A stretch of DNA of 64,000 nucleotides, from positions 5,704,001 through 5,768,000 of the forward strand of contig OZ360245.1 in the NCBI GenBank assembly GCA_977017645.1, written 5' to 3'. The notes under the pieces were generated by a model. It saw only the letters and a program-made list of their open reading frames with translations, did no database searches and was not told the DNA's origin. Shown piece after piece: positions 62,111 to 64,000 of this stretch (position 1 is its first letter; every line of letters starts with the position of its first letter). The translations under genes were made by a program, and so were the position numbers. This DNA comes from Torpedo marmorata. Taxonomy: Eukaryota.

Positions 62111-62915
62111 AGATTCAATTTATTGTCATAGTAATAAAACAGTGTCATATTCCATGAAATTTCTTTTTGCCTGCTGCAAGGCAGACAGATTCGCCACCGG
62201 CAGAAATTGCCTAAGCGCCTCTAACATTCCTTACAGTCAGAGAAAGAGAAGCAAAAGAGAGTCCCCCCAGAGTCACCAAGTGTCCATAGATTCGCCTCCA
62301 GCGCTTCCGCAGCCTCCGCAGCCTCAGAGTCCAGTCCAAATCATCGGCAACCCGAGCTCCAGATCCGAACCTCCAACATGGTCAGGTCGCCCTCGGCACC
62401 CCCTCGCATCCCGGTTGCGATACCTGGTACTCCTCCAGCCAGTTCGAGCCAGCCTCCAGCAGTCCTCAGCCCGGTATGAGTCCCCTGACAGCAGTCTCCA
62501 GCAGCCCACAGCCTCCGCGGGTTCCTCGCCTCGAGTCGCCAGCAGCTCGCCGCGTGCACTGGTCCTTCAGCCTCAGAGCCCATCACCGGTCCGCCGCCGT
62601 GGTCACCGTCCCGTGGGTCGTCTCCTCCGCTTCTCCTTCTCAGATGGGGGGTGATCTTCCCGTCCTCTGGTGCCCTGCTCCAGTCCTCCGCTTCCCGGAG
62701 TCTGCAGCCCCTTGGGCGCAGACCCCGTGGTCGCGGGATCTTAAATAAAACCACCGTCGGCTCCTTTAACACGGTCAAAGCCCGTGCGGAACCGACGGCA
62801 GTCGACTGGGCAGCTGGACCCCGCGGGAGTGCTGTATCTCCGCTCCCGCGCTCCCCGCGGATCCGCACCAGTGGCAGCACTGCCGCTACAGCGGCTCCGG
62901 CAGCGCCGCCATTAT
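62111..62915 (-). mobile_element. ORF-less CpG-rich retroelement with Rex1-type tail
   Basis: Minus strand begins ATGGCGGCG (YY1-like) and ends TATGACAATAAATTGAATCTTG; no RT motifs inside. Confidence 0.6.
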
Positions 62916-63395
62916 GCAAGTGAACTGCTCCTCAGTCCACACTGTTGGCGGACATAACTTTTATCTATTCCTCCAAACTCTTTGTCCTTTTCCCTCAGTG
63001 GTGACATGAACTTTCACTGGAGATAGTCAGCCTTGAGTCTTGGATACCTTCCCCTTGGACAATTCTTTGACATGTGAGCTGATATCATGAACATCAGCAG
63101 CCAACTGGATGTCATAAGTTATTGTGAATGAACCGAATCATGATAGTGCTAGTTTGCTGCAGGATTTACAGTGCCAGTATAATTATGAGCATCTATTCCT
63201 CTTACAGGAGCAAGGGATTTATTTTATTGGAAATCTTGTAGGAGGGAAAGTAAATAGAGGAGGGGATGGGCCGGTTTGGGATTTCAGGTCAGCTTGGCCA
63301 CTAATGGAGAATAAACATCAGGGATGCACAGGAGAATGCAACTGGTGATGATGCTTTGCAGTTCTGAGAAACTAGTGTAGCGGTAAAAATAAAAA

Positions 63396-63582
63396 GTAAA
63401 AACACAACGCTGTAGAAACTCCGCTGGTCAAACAGTGTACTTTATATAGCAGAGATAAAGGTACATAACCAACGTTTCGGGCTGAAGTCCTTTATCTTTA
63501 CCTTTATCTTTGCTATATAAAGTGCACTGTTTGACCTGCTGAATTTCTCCAGCATTGTGTTTTTACTTCAACCACGGTGTCT
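63396..63582. mobile_element. Penelope-terminal-repeat-derived fold-back element
   Basis: About 70-bp inverted arms around a truncated hammerhead half (minus strand GCCCGAAACGTTGGTT). Confidence 0.82.
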
Positions 63583-64000
63583 GAATCAGAATCAGAATCA
63601 GAATTTATTGTCATGAACAAGTCATGAAATTCGGTGTTTTGCGGCAGCATCATAGTGCAATTAACATTCATATTAACCATCTAACGACATTACTATACAA
63701 AATTATTATCAATAGTGCACGAAAAGTAAGGTAGTGTCTTTGGTTCATTGATTATTCAGGAATCTGATGGCAGCGGGGAAGAAGCTGTCCTTGTGCCGTT
63801 GAGTGCTCGTCTTTAGGCTCCTGTACCTTTTCCCCGATGGAAGCAGAGTGAAGAGGGCATGGCCTGGGTGGTGGGGGTCCTTGAGGATAGAGGCTGCTTT
63901 GTTAAGACACCGCCTCATGTAGATGTCCTCGATGGAGTGAAGTTTGGTGCCTGTGATATCACAGGCCGAGTTAACAACCTTCTGGAGTTTACTCTTGTCC
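63583..64000 (-). mobile_element. Rex1/Babar-like LINE 3' portion, running off the window
   Basis: (GAATCA)n tail with TTTATTGTCA; minus strand KAASILKDPHHPGHALFTLLPSGKRYRSLK. Confidence 0.88.

Noticed and set aside
62094-62923. Overlapping 90-190 aa ORFs on both strands
   Set aside because: GC-rich, stop-poor repeat sequence with no recognisable domain or splice structure.
26430-64000. TBX4 coding exons
   Set aside because: No T-box peptide is visible downstream. TBX4 probably lies beyond the window, and synteny cannot be confirmed here.

Overview
Vertebrate genomic DNA, most likely a cartilaginous fish (shark or ray), inferred from HE1-type tRNA SINEs whose tails match the CR1/HER1 LINEs here and from elasmobranch-type Penelope repeats. 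It holds one intact protein-coding gene, the T-box factor TBX2 (+ strand, 7 coding exons, 14267-25766, 2094 nt, 697 aa, all introns GT-AG and phase-consistent). TBX2 sits in a CpG-rich, LINE-poor domain (about 1-31 kb) with many candidate enhancers. From about 31.6 kb to the end is a dense, nested retroelement field: several CR1 LINEs, Rex1/Babar, Tx1, L2, Penelope, a solo LTR and SINEs, with a few unique islands that may regulate TBX2 or its usual neighbour TBX4 (no TBX4 exon seen). The most notable observations are Penelope-derived short fold-back elements with target-site duplications and minimal hammerhead ribozyme motifs, a 5S-rRNA-headed SINE with a Rex1-like tail, an ORF-less CpG-rich element made of a LINE-like head and tail, and a 3-codon uORF whose stop overlaps the TBX2 start codon. 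There is no CRISPR or other prokaryotic system. Family names and cross-species statements come from motif recognition and recall, not database searches; repeat boundaries are approximate unless a TSD is given.
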